DNA of 64,000 nucleotides from an uncultured bacterium. Lineage in GTDB: Bacteria; Poribacteria; WGA-4E; WGA-3G. The stretch lies in assembly GCA_964593655.1 (NCBI GenBank), contig CAZQIP010000155.1:1761-65760 (forward strand), given 5' to 3'. Positions 61,440 to 64,000 of the stretch are shown in pieces (the stretch's first letter is position 1; every line of letters begins with the position of its first letter). Under the pieces are notes generated by a model. That model made no database searches, was not told the DNA's origin, and saw nothing but the letters and a program-made list of their open reading frames with translations. Position numbers and translations under genes: made by a program.

Positions 61440-62890
61440 GGTGCATTAATGCTTTCCAAAACCGAAAGACACGTCTCGCCGTTAACTAACCGATGATAAT
61501 GGCCTGCGACGCGCTCGGTAAAATCCTGATTCTCATGCAAGCCACGCAACGGTGTCCCACTGGCAGGGGACCATAATGTCGTATTTGAGAAAATAGACGC
61601 AATCCGTCCTTGCACATCTATTTGACTCGCACCAAATGCCCCTCTCAGGATGTCCTGTATTGTTCGGTCAGGGTCTTGGATTTCATACGCTGCACCGGTA
61701 TCGGTGATACCTCTGTAGTCATCAAGAGATGAGATTGCGTGTGGCGTTAGAAATCGGAGTACCGTCGCGAAGGAATAGGCGAAATCGGATTTGAAGAGTT
61801 CTGTGCTGGCATCATAGTTCGGTGAGCGGACGATATCAGCGGCACGTTCGCGGAGTTTCACGGTTTCAATGATGTTAATCCGGGCATTGTCGTCTTTGAC
61901 CTTACGGATGCGGTCAACGAATTCCAGTGTATACGCTTTCGCACTTTTACCGGCTATCGGGATGTCTGCCTCCACGATCTCAGCATATCCATGCATCAGA
62001 CGCTCCAGATGTGGGGCAAATGTCGGGTGTGACGCTGCTTCGTTGACATATTCGATGTCGGAGAGCGTGCCTTTGTGTGTAATCCCTGGCACATGCACGG
62101 AATTCACCAAAAGGAGTTTCCAATCGTGATAGGGTTCAATGCTCTCTTGACTGACAATAACGCCATAATCGTCAAGTCTGCCGAACGGCACACGCAACAT
62201 GTTGTTGAGGTCTTCCAAAATAAGCGGTGTTGCAGGTAATGCCTCTGCATAAGTTATTAATTCATCTTGACCTTCGATCTGTGCCTTTGCAGCTGCCTGA
62301 ATCTCGTCAGGGACAGCATAGACCTGTGGCACGAGTCTATCGCCCATTTCGTTAAGGAAGCCGACATTTGTCTCCAACCACGCCGCGTAATCATCACTGC
62401 GTTTGGGATACTCGTTGCAGAGAATATCGCGGATGACATCGCCGTTATTCCGGAGGTTATCGGTATTGATGACACAGAGCGTCGCGTCTGCACCGTGATG
62501 GCAAAAGTAGCGGTAGAGGGTTTCATCCAAGACATCCATCGCCAATTCACCCTTGGCGATCCCTGCTTCGGTTACACCGATAAGGATAAGGTCAAGCGGG
62601 TTTTCCGTCTGTGCGTAGAATTGCTCACGACCGGCTTCTGTGGCGAGTGTTGTCGCCCCAACGACGCTTGAAACTTGTCGGATACCGTGGATGCCGCTGA
62701 GATCAAACGTGACAACATGGTATGTCCCGTTTTGTTGGTTGAAAGCATCGGCTTTCTCAGTGCCACGCGGTTGTCCGACGAAGATACCACCGTTATAGAG
62801 ATGCCGTTCGTTGAGGATATGGACACATTCGTGGGTCAAGGCGCGTTGTAAACCACCCGCACCGATAGCAAGAATCTTAGTTGGTAGCAT
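61436..62890 (-). CDS. mannitol-dehydrogenase-family oxidoreductase (tagaturonate/altronate reductase UxaB-like)
   Basis: 484 aa with SD aaaggaga. It has an N-terminal dinucleotide-binding motif ILAIGAGGLQRAL and a NQQNGTYHVV block like the UxaB NTQDGLYT region. The length fits UxaB. The assignment is tentative. Confidence 0.6.
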   Translation of the reverse strand: MLPTKILAIGAGGLQRALTHECVHILNERHLYNGGIFVGQPRGTEKADAFNQQNGTYHVVTFDLSGIHGIRQVSSVVGATTLATEAGREQFYAQTENPLDLILIGVTEAGIAKGELAMDVLDETLYRYFCHHGADATLCVINTDNLRNNGDVIRDILCNEYPKRSDDYAAWLETNVGFLNEMGDRLVPQVYAVPDEIQAAAKAQIEGQDELITYAEALPATPLILEDLNNMLRVPFGRLDDYGVIVSQESIEPYHDWKLLLVNSVHVPGITHKGTLSDIEYVNEAASHPTFAPHLERLMHGYAEIVEADIPIAGKSAKAYTLEFVDRIRKVKDDNARINIIETVKLRERAADIVRSPNYDASTELFKSDFAYSFATVLRFLTPHAISSLDDYRGITDTGAAYEIQDPDRTIQDILRGAFGASQIDVQGRIASIFSNTTLWSPASGTPLRGLHENQDFTERVAGHYHRLVNGETCLSVLESINAP

Positions 62891-64000
62891 GTATATTTTC
62901 TCCTTTTCCTAAAATATCAGTATAGAGGGCTAAATAGGCATCAGCGATGTGTTTCCAGTCGTAGGGTTTAACACGCGCAACGCTTGCTTTGCCCATTTTA
63001 ATGCGATCTTCGCCTGTGTTAATGAGTTTGATGAGCGCGTGCGCGAGTCCATCCACATCGCTCGGATCAAAGAGCGCGCCGTTAACGCCATCTACGACAA
63101 GTTCATCAATGCCTTGAACGCGACTGACAACGATTGGAAGTCCTGTCCCCATTGCCTCTAAAACGACGAGTGGCATGCCCTCGGCGAGTGAGGGTAAAAT
63201 GAAGATGTCCGCTTGTTGGTATTTTTGTGGTAATTCCGAATACGGTACTGAACCCGCAAAACGGATGTGTGACGTTACACCGATATTTTCCGCCAACTTC
63301 AAAAGTTCTCCGTGATACGGTCCATCACCGACGATCTCTATTTCAAAGTTATGTGAAACCTTTTCAAGGACTTGCGGCAGGGCGCGGATTAGAAATTGGA
63401 ACCCTTTGCGTGGGATGAGTCTCCCGATTGTGAGGACTCGGACTTTTTCTGGATGGGGATTGCGCTGGACGGGTGTAAAAGTTTCCAAATCCACGGCATC
63501 GGGAATCACATCCATTTGGACATTTGAATCCGTCTCTCGTGCGAGTTCGCGCAAACCTTCACTACAAGCAACGACCGCTGCTGCGTTACCCCAAATCGCT
63601 CGGATGACCGGTTTTAGGAGCAGGTATAACCACCGATAATATGGCGGATCAGGGGTGCGGCTCGGTACGTCACGTCCTCCGAGAAATACGACATACGGCA
63701 CGTCGCGGCGTTTTTGTAGAAGATATGCACCGCCACCCGCGGGAATCCCAAAAAAGACTTGGACGATATCGGGTTCGAATTGCTTGATGAACCGTAATCC
63801 GTAGAGACTTGAACTGACCGCGTAAGTTAGCATTTCGTGTACAGCGCAGACATCCCGATTTTTACGCAGTGCACGTACGCGATGTACGTGAAAGCCTTCC
63901 ACCTTCTCATCTTTCGGGCAATCGCGAAATTGCGAAGTAATCAGATGCACGTCGTGTCCTGCCGCCGCGAAGTGTTTGCCTAAGAAATAACTGACCCAAC
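62877..64000 (-). CDS. GT4-family glycosyltransferase (5' end runs off the window)
   Basis: The reading frame stays open to position 64000 (...WVSYFLGKHFAAAGHDVHLITSQF...), so the track start at 63950 is internal. The GT-B C-terminal motif is PSLAEGMPLVVLEAMGTGLPIVVS. Confidence 0.8.
   Translation of the reverse strand, partial: WVSYFLGKHFAAAGHDVHLITSQFRDCPKDEKVEGFHVHRVRALRKNRDVCAVHEMLTYAVSSSLYGLRFIKQFEPDIVQVFFGIPAGGGAYLLQKRRDVPYVVFLGGRDVPSRTPDPPYYRWLYLLLKPVIRAIWGNAAAVVACSEGLRELARETDSNVQMDVIPDAVDLETFTPVQRNPHPEKVRVLTIGRLIPRKGFQFLIRALPQVLEKVSHNFEIEIVGDGPYHGELLKLAENIGVTSHIRFAGSVPYSELPQKYQQADIFILPSLAEGMPLVVLEAMGTGLPIVVSRVQGIDELVVDGVNGALFDPSDVDGLAHALIKLINTGEDRIKMGKASVARVKPYDWKHIADAYLALYTDILGKGENIHATN

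Noticed and set aside
1-64000. Mobile genetic elements, prophage, tRNA/rRNA genes or known defence systems.
   Set aside because: No integrase, transposase, recombinase, phage structural, restriction-modification, toxin-antitoxin or nuclease/helicase-type ORFs were recognisable in the six-frame track. No tRNA-like cloverleaf or rRNA-like stretch was noticed in the intergenic regions. Proper tRNA and covariance-model scans would be needed to exclude small RNA genes.

Overview
This is a 64-kb bacterial chromosomal window with Shine-Dalgarno-led genes and moderate GC. By eye I found no rRNA, tRNA, CRISPR array, transposase or integrase. Gene content suggests a marine PVC-superphylum or Poribacteria-like heterotroph, though that placement is speculative. 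It includes many beta-propeller repeat proteins (FG-GAP, WD40, PD40, BNR/Asp-box), a sulfatase, a PhyH dioxygenase, Gfo/Idh/MocA oxidoreductases, an MlrC-type peptidase, a CotH-like protein, and uronate/glycan enzymes (a GH67-like plus beta-helix fusion and a UxaB-like reductase). Five things stand out. (1) Two paralogous one-polypeptide ECF sigma-TM-propeller proteins carry different sensor propellers, WD40 in one and BNR in the other. (2) An approximately 21-kb same-strand supercluster starts with MoxR-DUF58-VWA (Bat-like) genes. It continues through a 1140-aa membrane protein, LTXXQ-motif proteins, a prenyltransferase-like toroid protein and two tandem ~800-830-aa secreted paralogues. (3) A small module at 44.7-49.4 kb holds an orphan minimal sigma-like protein with an N-terminal 4-Cys cluster. 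It also has a repeated 33-nt promoter-like box, a decayed second copy of the sigma-like gene, and a 1.1-kb AT-rich ORF-poor region full of AAAAsTTTAG motifs. (4) A family of GT-word/AC-word repeats (core GTTATCAGT / ACTGATAAC) is confined to intergenic leaders. (5) Several exact short tandem repeats and an SD-sequestering hairpin are present. All functional calls come from motif recognition by eye. No database search was run.
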